Assembly: GCF_001447785.1 (NCBI RefSeq)
Contig: NW_015159757.1
Span: forward strand, 1 to 64,000
DNA length: 64,000 nucleotides
From: Gekko japonicus
Taxonomy: Eukaryota
Reading direction: 5' to 3'
Shown one piece after another: positions 49,681 through 61,665 of the stretch. Below the pieces are notes generated by a model. That model was not told the origin of the DNA. It did not search any database and worked only from the letters and a program-made list of their open reading frames with translations. Numbering within the stretch: position 1 is the first letter of the stretch; each line of letters starts with the position of its first letter. The position numbers were made by a program, and so were the translations under genes.

Positions 49681-52436
49681 GGTAATAGTCTCTTTAAATA
49701 AATATGGAAATTGTCCTTCCTCTGAAATCATTCAACTTTTTAAAAACATACCTCTGTTCTCTCTATTTTTCAACTCATCTGTAGAGCTTTCCATTTTTAG
49801 ATTTATTTTTTCAGTAAAGGAGCAAGGTTTGATGACCAAGAAGAGGCCAAGGATGACGATGATGATGTGTAGCTGCCACATAACACTTTACATTGCTTCT
49901 TCTTTTTTAAAAAAATAAGTTTATTTATACGTTTTCTATTACATAAAATAACAAACATAGTAAAACATATACATTTGTTGGAAGTACAAATGGAAGATCT
50001 TCTTGGCACCCATAAAACATGGATTGTCTACACTTTTTCACTGTCAGCTTCTTTCAGATCTATGGACTCCAAATGAATGCAGGGTAGAAAGGATGGCTGC
50101 TTTATCCATGCATTGTCTCCTGCCAGTGAATGATAAAATGGAAATATACACTGAATCGCCCTGATTTTCTTAAGTGGAAATCTGTGTTAGACATTGAACC
50201 ACTGTGATTTTCTTTCCATTGTTAGTCCTTTTCTTAATAATCAAGACAATCATTTTAATGATCAAGATCATGTCAGCAGCAATACTTGAGATCAGACATT
50301 AATTGTAATGAAATATAATGTGAGGCTTCATCGGCTCTTTGTACTGTAGACAGTTTGAAGAGACAAGCTGTTGACAATGATTCATGGCAGGAAATTCAGA
50401 ACCATCTGCTATTTTGCAGCAATTCCCCAGCCAAGGTGACAAGGTGAGGCTTTACAGCTGCATCATCCTTGCTTTCTAAAGTCAAGCAAAAACTGGCCAC
50501 TCCAGTGAGCAGCAAAATTCTGGCACCAATAAGACTGTGGCGGACAAAGACCTCCATATGCCCAAGTAGCATAGAGTAATTAGTCTGTGTTTTGTCATGA
50601 CTTTAAAAGGAGCATAAGCTCCCACTGTTTTCTGTTCTGGTTTCTTACTGAGTTAGTGCTTGTTCGTTACTTCTAAATAAAGCTGAATCACTTGCTGAAT
50701 CACTCTACGAGTCCTTTGTTAGCGCGATCTAACAGATTCAGTTTCCTGTTGCCATGTCACATCATAAATATAAATACTATATGTTTCAATTTTACAATCA
50801 TGATGACTAAAATTTACAAAGGAACAGCTGAGCCTGAATGAGTTCATGCTGCTGCTTTTGTTCCCTAGTGTGGATTGAAAGGTCCTCCCCTTCTCTCTGG
50901 CCTGCTTTTAAAATGTACTTCTATTCTTTCCAAATATCTGTGAACCTGAAAAGTCTATTTTTCCAAAGTGAACTTCATAGTATTTTCCTGTTCCCCAGTA
51001 AGGTATAAAAACCCAACTCTTTGATATTCTTTGTCTAAAAAAAAAAATCTCACCCTGAAATGGAGTCAAACTTCAGCCAGGGCTACTTTTTTAAAATCCT
51101 TTTTGCCCACACTCAGACAACCATGGAGAGCTATGAGGAAGACAGTTCTAGCTCTCCCCCTAACATCTGATCCCATTGTCAGGGAAAGCTGTCTCCCTCC
51201 CACTTCCCTTCCAGTTTCTAGTAAACCTGTTGAATGGGGGAAAAAATGGGTCTGGAAACTTTAAAATGTTGTCCCCAGATGTTCCTGAATATTCCCAAAT
51301 ATTTCCAGAAATATTCAGGATCCAAACACTGGCATTCTGATAATCCAAAATGCCACTCCAGATACACAGATACACTTGAAAAATACCGATAAGGTGGAGT
51401 TTTTTGGATATGTATTGACTGGAAATATCTGGATGTACTAGGGATGTTCACCTAAAAAATTGTAAATTTTGGGTCTGGATATCAGGGAGATTAAACAGTC
51501 AGTATTCCTAGTTGTCCTGGTTCCAAATATTGTTTTGGCATTCAGATCCTTCCCCTCCCCATTCCAATATTATTCAGCTTCTTCATTCCCTATGGGGAAA
51601 ATTTCAAGAGGGCTGGAGAAGCTGTTTTATGAGCAAATACCACCAAAATTTCAGCTCAACTGTTTGTGCCTGTCCCCTAACTAACTCCCAAATGTCAAGT
51701 GAATTGAACCAAAAGGTCCAATTCTATGGGCCCCTGAACAAGGTGCCCCTGTCAATCCTCCATTATTTCTTATGGGGAGGGAAAAAAATCCATGTTTTTT
51801 CCAGGACAAAGAATAGCCAAAGACTCAAGAGCAAACAAAGCAACCACTAACCAAAAGTCTTGCAAAGCAGACAGAACCAACAAGTCCAAAGAACCAATGC
51901 AGAACAAGGAAATCCCAACAGAAGTGCAGGACAATGTGGCAATCCAAACACAACAAATGTATAACCAGAGAATCCAAGTAAAATCAATGCAGAGAATCCA
52001 ACACGACCTGACTTGAGCAAAGAACAAAAGGTTGTAAGACCAACAAAACCAATTTCAAAGGCCAGAATCAAAGCCAGACCAATATGACAAGCCACTACCA
52101 AGCTCTTGCTAGACATAAATGTACAGTAAAATTAAAGGAAAAGTAGTCCTCCTGGGAGCCTTAAAATGCTGGGTCCCAATATTCCCAGTTACTCTTGAAA
52201 AATTCTGGGATTTTTCAGGGTCCATTTCCTGGTATCCTGAAAAATCCCAGATACTATCCAGAGACCCAACTATGACCAGAAAATACCAATAAGGTATTTT
52301 TCAGGTGTATATAGAAAAAATAAAAGGGCTGCACCAGTCACTAAAAATGTTTTAAAAATAAGGCCAAGGCCACAGGTACATAATAAAGTAAAATAAAGAA
52401 AAATATATTTTTATTACTCAGTCAAAATCCCCAAAA

Positions 52437-52473
52437 TCCCCTATGCATTTTGCCAACAGGCTTTTTCAGGGGA
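52437..52473 (-). ncRNA. Fossil minimal type-I hammerhead ribozyme motif (Penelope-like)
   Basis: Minus strand ttccc-CTGAAAA-a-gcc-tgtt-ggc-AAAA-tgca-TA-gggga: stems I and II pair and stem III is palindromic, but the core is mutated. Confidence 0.55.
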
Positions 52474-52759
52474 ATCTGTTAGTCTTGCAGTGATCCTTTA
52501 AAAAGAATACAAGATCAGTAGTAATGTTCACAAGCAGGAGGGGTATCTGGAAATTATTTGAGAACAGCTTCAGTATCCCTTGTTGTGCCTCCAAATAAAT
52601 CAATTCCAAGAACTAGAAAGTTCTGTGGTGACTATGAAAGTCCATATTGTCATCAGAGACATCAATGGCATTGGGAGCTCAATTGCTTCTTCTGCTTGCA
52701 GTGATTCACCATCAGTAGTCACCACTTGACTACTCTCTCTCCTCATATGTTCCCTGGAG

Positions 52760-53255
52760 AGTTTTGCACTCCACTGATCAACATCTACTGGTGGTCCCTG
52801 GCTCCAAGGATGTCTGCTTAGCCTCAACCAGGACCAGGCCCTTTTCTGCCCCGACCCCGGACTGGTGGAATGAGCTCCCATGTGAGATCAGGGCCCTGTG
52901 GTACTTGCTACAGTTCTGCAGGGCCTGCAAAATGGAGCTGTTCTGCCAGGCCTTTGGTTGAGGTGGCAGGCGTTCAGTCCACCTCAGCCTCCCCTGCCCA
53001 CAGAGCTTCCCATAGAACTGCTGACAGAATTGCTAGTTTAATTATCCTGCAGGAAGCTTTAAGGGCTGCCCTGATTTTTTTTTTTACCTAGTTCTGCCAT
53101 CTTGCTCTACTGCTCACTGTATGTTGCCTGAATGTTTTTAACTTGTTTTACTCTGTTTATTATGTTTATTTATATCTAATTTTATTGTAAGCCACCCTTA
53201 GCTCATTTTGGGATAGGGCGGGATATAAACCCAATAAAATAAATAAATTAAATAA
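52760..53255 (+). mobile_element. L2 3' end
   Basis: DWWNELPCEIRAL...RACKMELFCQAF; tail gccaccctta...gggcgggatataaa(taaa)n. Confidence 0.85.
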
Positions 53256-54516
53256 ATCAATTTCCCCTCCACTCAGAACTGTATGTTCACTATGGATGAG
53301 GCTTATTTCAGAACTTGAATCCAACAGCATTGACATTTTCCAGCCATAAGTGTCTCCATTCACCTAGCAGCAAGTGTCTGGCCTGCTCTTCAGAAGGGCC
53401 ACTCTTCTGCATCAGCAACTTTTAGTTCCATTGGTGCATCTTTCCTTTTCTTGGACAATTCCACTTCCAGGGACCTTTTCCTCCCCATTGTCAGCAGATG
53501 TCATTTGGCCTGTGACTCCCTTGGGGAATGGCTGATGCTCCCCCCCCCGACTGCTTGTGAATTGTTTGCAAGTGGGTCTTTTCTACCTGCTCAGCCCCCA
53601 CTGTGGCAAGTTGTTCCTGGAAGGCTGCTGATGTCCTGAAAGAATGATTAGAAATAACACTCATTTCTGCTTCCACGCTCTGCATTCTGCACACAGTATA
53701 GTCCATTGATTTGTCTAAAATAACATCTTCCTTAACAACCAGGGTATGAAGCTTCCCTGTTATTCCATTTGTAAAATGGCTTTTCACACAAGATTCCTTT
53801 ATGGACTGTCACTGGATGTAAACTCCTCTCTGCATTGCCAGCTCTGTATTTTGTCGGGCACGATCAGCTTCATTTAAATAGTTACTAGGAATCAGAGGAG
53901 CAGGAAAGGCTCTATCAAATAGCCTGCTCAGAACATGTAATATATAAAGCTTGTGTCCCGTCCCCCCCCCCCGCTTGCCATTCCTTTCTGTATTTCAGAA
54001 GGGCAAGCCCATCCTCATACTGGCCTTTTAAGTGTTTGCAGAGCTGCTTGTAGGAATCACATTCTGCAGAGGGAAGCTGCAGTCTGCAGATGAAATGCCT
54101 TGGCTTCCACCTCTATAAACACTGCCAGGTACTGGGATGCCTTCTGATCACTCATTCACAGAAGGTCAAAGTCAGTCAGGTACTCACTGATCCCAAGCCC
54201 ATCTGAGTGACCAGTAAATTTCCTCTCAGACAATAAGGCTTTTGTCATCTTGAAGCCACTGCCACCAGTTATAACACACATGTGAGGTACAAACATTAAT
54301 AAAAGGTTTCAAAGTGATCTCCAGCACAAATTTCAAACATGGGTTACTACAGTTAACAACTAGAACCATCATAGAACCAAACTAAACACTCAGATGTTCA
54401 ACAGCACCACCCACCAGTAGGGATAGTGTTAGTCACAACACCTGGGTTTCTGTTTGAGTTATGATGAGGGAATTAGTTAAGAGACCATTTACTTAATAGG
54501 TGCACAAGCTAGAGAT

Positions 54517-55391
54517 TGTACTCCAGCTATACCAGAGTCAGAACCCCCTCGAAGCAGCACAGATGACAAACAGGAAGTATCTTTTAGAAATTTATTAATA
54601 TTCCTAATACATTCAGCTAATTGGTAAAAATATCACACACACACACACAAGAGCTAAGAAACAAAGGATTGAGGTGATCTTAAGAGATCAGAGACAGAAG
54701 AGGGCAAAGTGTTGATGGGGTAATAGCTACCTTCTGAAGAGGAGAGTCCACGGTGAAGAGCAGATGGCTTGGCTGGCAAGCATGTCCATGAAGACCCAAG
54801 ACAGATGGGGATCCAGCCAGTACATGTCCCAGAAGACTGAACCAAATATGGCTGGATTTGGAGCCCAGATATAGGGAAATTGTGCTTGCAGGGAAGTGAG
54901 GCACAGTAGGGAAACGGTCTTGAATGGACCGGGATGGCTGGTAATGGCTCAAAAGGGATTTTGGACAAAGAAAGTCCAGGTTTGGGAAGGGAAACCTTTG
55001 TTAGTAAAGCATGGGGCAATTGTATAGTTTTGGCTCTATTAAAGACTGGGCTATCACAGGAACAATGATGACAATAGAGCATGGTCGGGATGGTCCCAGT
55101 ATTGGGGGCAAAGTCCGGAGGTGCGGGTGTAAGTCACAAAGCTGGAATACAGGTATAATGGAATGCTGGAATGCAGGTATGCTGTCATCTTTTGAGATGC
55201 TGAAACTAAGGCATTGTCCTTGTACGAGGGCAGCTATGTGCTGGCTGTATTGGAGCTTCATGGCTAAAGGAATCAGAGTGACAGTGCTGAGTACATGTCT
55301 GGGCTTGTTGGCCTTGCACACAGAGAGGGCTAGGCTTGCCCTATGCCAGCTTTGGCCCTAACTTGTCTGGGGTGCCATCCTTCACGTTACA
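54517..55391 (-). mobile_element. Probable solo LTR
   Basis: tgta...taca termini; AATAAA on the minus strand ~75 bp from the 3' end; no clean TSD. Confidence 0.5.
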
Positions 55392-55434
55392 AGGGGAGGC
55401 TTATGCTAACAATAGTTATATAACCATTACATTG

Positions 55435-55620
55435 TGTGTGTAAAGTGCTGTTAAGTCATAGCTGACTATGGTGACCCCATAGGGTTTTTCAGGGCAAGTG
55501 ATTAACCAGAAGAGGTTTGCCATTACCTTCCTCTGCAAAGTCTTCCTTGGTGGTCTCCCATCCAAGTTCCAACCCTGCTTAGCTTTTGAGATCTGACAAG
55601 ATTGGGCTATACTATACCAT
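55435..55620 (-). mobile_element. 5S-derived SINE
   Basis: ggtctcccatccaag...ccctgcttagcttttgagatctgacaagatt; same family as 14188-14397. Confidence 0.8.
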
Positions 55621-55816
55621 CCCACATCCCAACCATTACATTAAATATACAGTAAAATTAATAAGGGGAAGCTTTGTTACATGGGGAACATTAAAAAATA
55701 TGATCTACTATACTCCATTCCACCTCCTGAATCTACTGTTTAATTCTGCTCAGTGTATTGAACAGCTGTTACTCTCACTGGAACAGGAAAATTCTTGCTT
55801 CTAAGTAGGCATGGTT

Positions 55817-56082
55817 TAGGGTTGCCGAGTCTATCTTCGCCGGAAGTGACGGGAGGACGTCAGGCGTGCTGGGGGCGGGGCCATGGCCATACAAGGGAAA
55901 ACCATAGAGTTTTCTTTTGTATGGCCATGGCCCCGCCCCCAGCGTGCCCAGTGTGCCTGTGTCACTTCTGGGTGACACGCACATCGGGGTGGAGTTCCCC
56001 CTGGGGTCCAATCCAGCGGTGCCGGGAAACGGGCCTCTGGGGCGGGGGTTTCCCCACCCTCCGGGGGGACTTGGGATCCCTA
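55817..56082. mobile_element. hAT MITE with internal hairpin
   Basis: tagggttgcc / gggatcccta termini; perfect TSD gcatggtt; CpG-rich. Confidence 0.88.
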
Positions 56083-56314
56083 GCATGGTTAGGATTGGAC
56101 TGTAATGAAGGATTTATATTTTCAAGGTCATCCAAGGTCAAAAATGCTGCTGATAGTTAGACAATGAGGTACTGAATTAATAGCTGAGAGAATATAAAGG
56201 AAGCAGAGGGATTATTTCACCAGACCACTTCTAAATGCTTAGGGTTGGGAGCGTAGTGGACAAATTAAGTTATAACATGTAGAAGAATGGCAGAAAACAG
56301 CCTTGTCCTGAAAC

Positions 56315-56627
56315 CAGGGCTCTAGTCGGGGGGGAGCTCTCAGGTACGGAGCTCCGGAAGAGAACCTCTAGGGGGCGGGGCGGTCACGTGGTGAAACCCC
56401 GCCCCCTTCTTTACCCCGCCCTCTGCTTCGATCCTCATTCCGTTTGGGAATGAGGATGAAGCAGGAGGGTAAGTAGCCGGGCCTTCTGACACACTTCCGG
56501 TGATGTCAGGGGGTGTGGCCTTCTGTCACTTCCGGTGATGTCAGGGGGCGTGGCATATGCAAATAAGTTATGCTAATGAGTTATGCTAATGAGCTCCGGC
56601 AGCTCTTTTTCTACAACAAGACCCCTG
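56315..56627. mobile_element. hAT MITE carrying octamer/ETS motif array
   Basis: caggg / ccctg termini; perfect TSD cctgaaac. Confidence 0.88.
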
Positions 56628-56980
56628 CCTGAAACTATTCAGAGATGGGTGCTTTACTTAATAGGAGCAATGTAAGTTCATCAATTTTACTGTAGTAAGA
56701 AGTCTTTCAAACTTATTTGGTTGGCCAGTCAGTATAATACTTTGGATTTTAGTAAAAATAAGAGGCTACAGGCAGAGATGGGAAATAAAGGCCAATTTCT
56801 GCATTACTTTATTCACAAGGAAATAAAATTAAGCATCACTATACCCTTAGTGCGAGCAGAATGAGGGGAACAGTTTTCCTTCCATGGTAGCCAACATGGT
56901 GAGGAGTGGCAGGAGTCTGCTTCCAAACACATATTAACTGCTCTCCTCCTTGAATGCTGTTGACAAGGAGTTAGATTCAA

Positions 56981-57536
56981 GGCTGTGATCCCACAAGCAG
57001 TTGGCCCGACACAGTCACCACTCCCCTGAAGATCAAAGGGACAAAATCACACAGCCACATCTGTCAGGTGTTCCCCTGGCTTACTCATCCCGCCATAGGA
57101 TGACTTGCAGCCAGGTTAAAAAGGTAACACATCACAAGTGGTGTTTTTGGTTCCCTGCTCATTCATTGCGCAAGGCCAGGGGAGTGCATGCAGAACAGAT
57201 TTGGCAGTCTGAACCTGTAGATCTGATCCGACACACCACTAGGGAGGGTTGGTGTTGTTGTTTTTTTTGGTGTTTTTTTTAATTGCCTATATGCACATGT
57301 GCACATGCATTTGCTCACGTGCATAAGCACACATGCATGCATGCATTTTGAAAAATTCCTGAGCAGTGCACTCCGTGGCTGAGATGCTGCAGTAATGTGG
57401 ATGCCTGACCATGGGGTGTCTGCATGGGTAACCCGCAGCACGGTGTGCTGTCTGGATGATATGCCTTGCAAAACTTTAAACCAGTACAATTAGAGGTGGC
57501 ACCATATCGCGCCAAGCCGCCAGTGTGACCACAGCC
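56981..57536. mobile_element. Harbinger-type MITE
   Basis: ggctgtgatc / gaccacagcc termini; caa / cat flanks; homologous to 44083-44594. Confidence 0.7.
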
Positions 57537-59694
57537 CATTTTGCACAAACCGAAGGAGTTCATGCAAGCAGATCCTTTCCACCTTCCCCTTTCTCCATCA
57601 GCCCCCTATGCCCTTGGATGACCTGATGCTGAGAGCTGGTCCTCCAAATTAATGCCATGATATCTAGGATATACAGAAAGTAAGGAAAATTGAGTAAAAT
57701 TCCTGTTTTCATTCTTGTGCAAGGAGAGCAAGCTTGAGCGGTGGAGTTAATAGTTAAGACTCAGCTCTATTGTTCACACATTGCTATAGAAACTTGGATC
57801 AGGACCTCAAGGGACAACTTCAAAGAAGCAGCACAGACAGATATTAATCCTGTTGCAGACAGAGCAATGTATTAGGCATGGCAAATCACACAGCCCTGCT
57901 TCATTTGCCTTTAAAGCACACTGAATTCCATGTTGTTATAAAACATCAATACAATTAAAAACCAATGTTGAGCCACTGTAGGCATTTCAGACATCTTCTT
58001 CAGGCAATCTAGCAAATCCTTCCTAACCTCCTTCCTCTCTCTACACCCCCTGCCCAAGAGACTGCTTGTACTAGTATTGTAAATGCTGGTGGGTCAATGA
58101 CACAAAAAGCCAAATTGCCATGTGGACAGCAAACATCCAGCAGAGATAAACAGAAACAGAATGGTTGATCCTGACCTTGTGTGCCTTAAAGTCATTATTC
58201 CAGAGCTGTCATTTCAGTGCCAGCAAGACTCCTCCAGAGAGTAAAGCACTGAAGGTTCAGAGCCCAAGATTTTTGAAAAACCACTGAAATTATTGGATGC
58301 TGCTATCAGTCACACCATTCCTTTCTTAATTCAGCAGATTTTCAAATGTAGCACTGCAATGCTTCTGAACTGATTGAAGTTTGGGAGCGAAGGCAACACT
58401 TCTTGTCCTCAGCATGGTACAAAAGGGGGGGGAGGCACTGATATTCAGTGATGGGACACATGGTTGCTACCACAGTGAAGACTGACCAAGGACTGCTGCC
58501 AAAAGATGGGACACCTCTGCACCCCTTTTCATTGGGCACTTTCATACTGTCACCAACATGGTCCTTTTTTCCAGCCTCCCCCACCCCACTGTCTGTGACA
58601 TACCTCAATGAAGGCAGCCTTTGTGAAAGGAGGACCTAGGTTCAATATTTGGTGCCTCCAGTAATAAACATCTCGCCCCACATCCAAAAATGCCTGATGT
58701 GTACCCTACAAGCATCACATATAGGTGTCAAATACCAAAAAACAATTATTTATAAATGGCAAAAATACTACAAAGGTCTGATTCAACATATCATTCAGAT
58801 TCAATATAAAAATATATTATCCAATTTTTATATAGATATTATACATATTTGCTGGGGTTTGGTTATCTAATCAATCTGTCTTTTCCCCACTTTTTCCTTT
58901 TTTAAGCTACTTATCACAGCAGACAATGCAGAACTAGATAATATGTCTCTACATAATCTTGTATAATCACATTTCTTTTGCAAAGAGAAATCTGATCAAT
59001 TTATTTGCAAAAATAAATCTGAGTCAGTGAAGAGGACTAGTACAGACAATTTACACAAGACCTCACACTGAACCTTTTCTCTCTCATTCTAATACCAAGC
59101 CAGCTGTTGTGGCTCCAGGGCACCCATGCCATAAAAAGCATTTTCATTTACTGTTTCTAGCTTGTGACTTTTCAAGGAATGTAGGTTGTTGGGGGGGGGT
59201 TTGCTTGTTTGTTTCCAGCTTCTTTGTGCTGGCAGAAAGCTTCTAGGATGACTAACCTGGAAACTGATGACAGCCAAGCTCTGATAAAGGCTGACAGCTG
59301 AGAGATGCATTCACTTGACAGCTTAATGTTCTCACCTCACACTAGAGTCAGCTTCCTCAGTTTGAAAATGTATTTGTTTTCCACTGTAAGTAGAATGAGA
59401 TGTCATATTTACACCCCCCTTGTGATTTCTGTGGATCTTACTTCTGAGTAAATGCTTTCAGGATTGAGATGTCAACATTTTTCATTTGGTGCTCCCTGAG
59501 CCTGCTTTAAATATGACACTTTGTGCAGGTTCAGCCCACTCATCTAGCCTGGACTGCTCCCCATGCAAAGCAGCTGTGCATGCTTAGCTAGCATGCCAGT
59601 GAAACACTTGCCTAGGTTACCAGTCTTTGGTAGAACTAGCAAACACACCCACAGCTACTAATATGAGTAGCAGCCATATTTAGCTTCGTGTCAA

Positions 59695-60050
59695 ATTTAT
59701 TTATTTATTTATTCAATTTATAGACCGCCCTCCCCACATGTGGGCTTATGGTGGTTTCCAACATTTCAATAAAATAAAAATCAATCAGTAAAGAGTTAAA
59801 ATTATTAAAATTCCAATAACTGGTACAGGATGGGGAAAAGGCAAAAAGGAGGAGAGAGAAACGGCACTGCAGAGGGTGGGCCAGGCATAATGAAATTGTT
59901 GCTGTCCTCAACCACAGACCTGGCAGAACATCTCTGTCTTACTGGCCCTGTGGAACTGTACCAAGGGCACGGATGTCATTTCGAATAGTTCCACCAGATC
60001 AGCACCAGGCCAAAAAAGCCCTGGCTCTGGTCAAGGACAGCCAATTATCT
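59695..60050 (-). mobile_element. L2 3' fragment
   Basis: (tttat)n tail with gaccgccc; ggccctgtggaactgt...aaagccctggc. Confidence 0.75.
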
Positions 60051-60069
60051 TTTGGATATCTTTTGGACA

Positions 60070-60487
60070 GCTGGAAATCTCTTAGACCTTGTAAGGACCC
60101 CACCCCCTCCTCCAGCTGAGGCCCCCTTGGTTAACGGTGTCCTGATCTTATTTTAAGAGGCACCCCCTTTTACAGCCTAAGTGCCAACGGAGCTAAAACC
60201 TGGAAAGTCTTGTCAAAGCACCTAGGTTAATCCAATGTATCAGCATACTATCGACGCCCGGGAGGACATCTGGATATGGGCAAGACTGGGACGCTTAGAG
60301 GACCGCCATCTTGGTTTTAGCTAGATCTATTTTAGATAGGTTATACACTATGATGTAATTTTAATATTTTGTATTTTTTCTACTGTTTTACTGTTTTATT
60401 AATTATATGTTGTTAGCCGCCCTGAGCCTCCGGGGAGGGCGGGGTATAAATACAAATAATAATTAAATAAATAAATAAATAAATAAA
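60070..60487 (+). mobile_element. Young L2 3' UTR/tail
   Basis: gttagccgccctgagcctccggggagggcggggtataaa followed by (aaat)n. Confidence 0.75.
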
Positions 60488-61204
60488 CTCACGATAGCCC
60501 ATGGAGGAGAAGTAGGGTGTGCTGGCATTACAAACCGATTAAGTGCAATCTCCCCCAGCTCAGGGTTCTCAATAACAATAGAACTTCACAATTTTCAATA
60601 ACAAAACACTTTGCAGCATTGGAAAATCCTAGCATACCCAAGAGGTATCTGCCCAGCCCAAAGAATTTGCTACTTCATTAACCAACACCTGGTTCCTCTT
60701 TTTCCTTTTTTTTTACTCAATCAAGAAGGGCACTTAGGTCATTAATTTACTCCCCATTTTTTTTCAGGACCTTTCTTGACTCACTCAAACTATTGTGTCA
60801 ATGCAGATCTGGCTCACTTAATCCTAATTAAAGTATGTTAATCATGTTGCCTCACCCAAGCTCTTTGTGCCCATGCAGATTTGGCTCACAATAGCCTCAT
60901 TAACCCCCCCCCCCATTTTTTCTCGCTAAAGTTTGACAACAGTTACCTTCAAACTGCCCAGTCAAATACATGCTTCATATCTTGGACCAATCAGGTTCCT
61001 GGGAAAGTGGGTTCCCATGTCTAGCTATGGAGTCCTTCCCCATAAAAAGACCATCCCAATTCAGTGGAAAGTGTGCCAGGTTTCCCACTACTACCTGAAC
61101 ACCCCCTGCAACTGTATTGCAGGCTCCTCTCCAGACCTCAAGCTCAGGATTTCAGGTTGTACGTCTCTTCCCTTAACTGCATAGACAATGACATCACCAA
61201 GCAC

Positions 61205-61460
61205 GCTGCCACATTCTATACCAGCTGGAATTTCTGGGTCAGGTTCAAGGGCAGCCCTGTGTAAAACAAGTTTCAGTAATCCAGCCAGGAAGTGACCATT
61301 GTGTGTATCACTGTAGTTAAGTCCCAGGAGGAGAGATAAAAGAAAGACCTGGCAACAGTGGCAACTTGGGCCTCCATTGAAAGTGAGGCATCCAGGATCA
61401 CCCCAAGACTCCTCACCCTCAGTGCTGGCCTCAAAGGTGCCCTGCCAAGTGTTAGGAGCT
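61205..61460 (-). mobile_element. L2 RT fragment
   Basis: VRSLGVILDASLSMEAQVA...VTSWLDY. Confidence 0.8.
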
Positions 61461-61479
61461 GGTTCATAATTTACTTCAT

Positions 61480-61665
61480 TTATTAAACTTTTCTTCCCAA
61501 TGGGGACCCAAAGTGGCTTAAATTATTCATCTCTTCTGCATTTTATCTTCACAACAACCGTGTGACAAAGGTTATGCTGAGAATGTGTTACTAGCCCAAG
61601 GTTACCCAGGAGGTTTACATGGCAAAGTGGGGATTCAACCCAGGGTCCCCCAGATTTTAGCCAAC
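61480..61665 (-). mobile_element. Old tRNA SINE
   Basis: ggggattcaacccagg B-box and cacaacaaccgtgtga body, as in the other SINE copies. Confidence 0.6.

Noticed and set aside
49815-49872. Possible last exon KGARFDDQEEAKDDDDDV*
   Set aside because: Short and low-complexity, next to a transposase remnant, with no supporting upstream host exon.
53360-53637. Minus-strand exon-like segment with a good acceptor
   Set aside because: All frames hit stops and the peptide is unrecognised.
57975-58005. CTGAAGA-agatgtct-GAAA hammerhead-like core on the minus strand
   Set aside because: Stem I cannot be paired convincingly and stem II is marginal.
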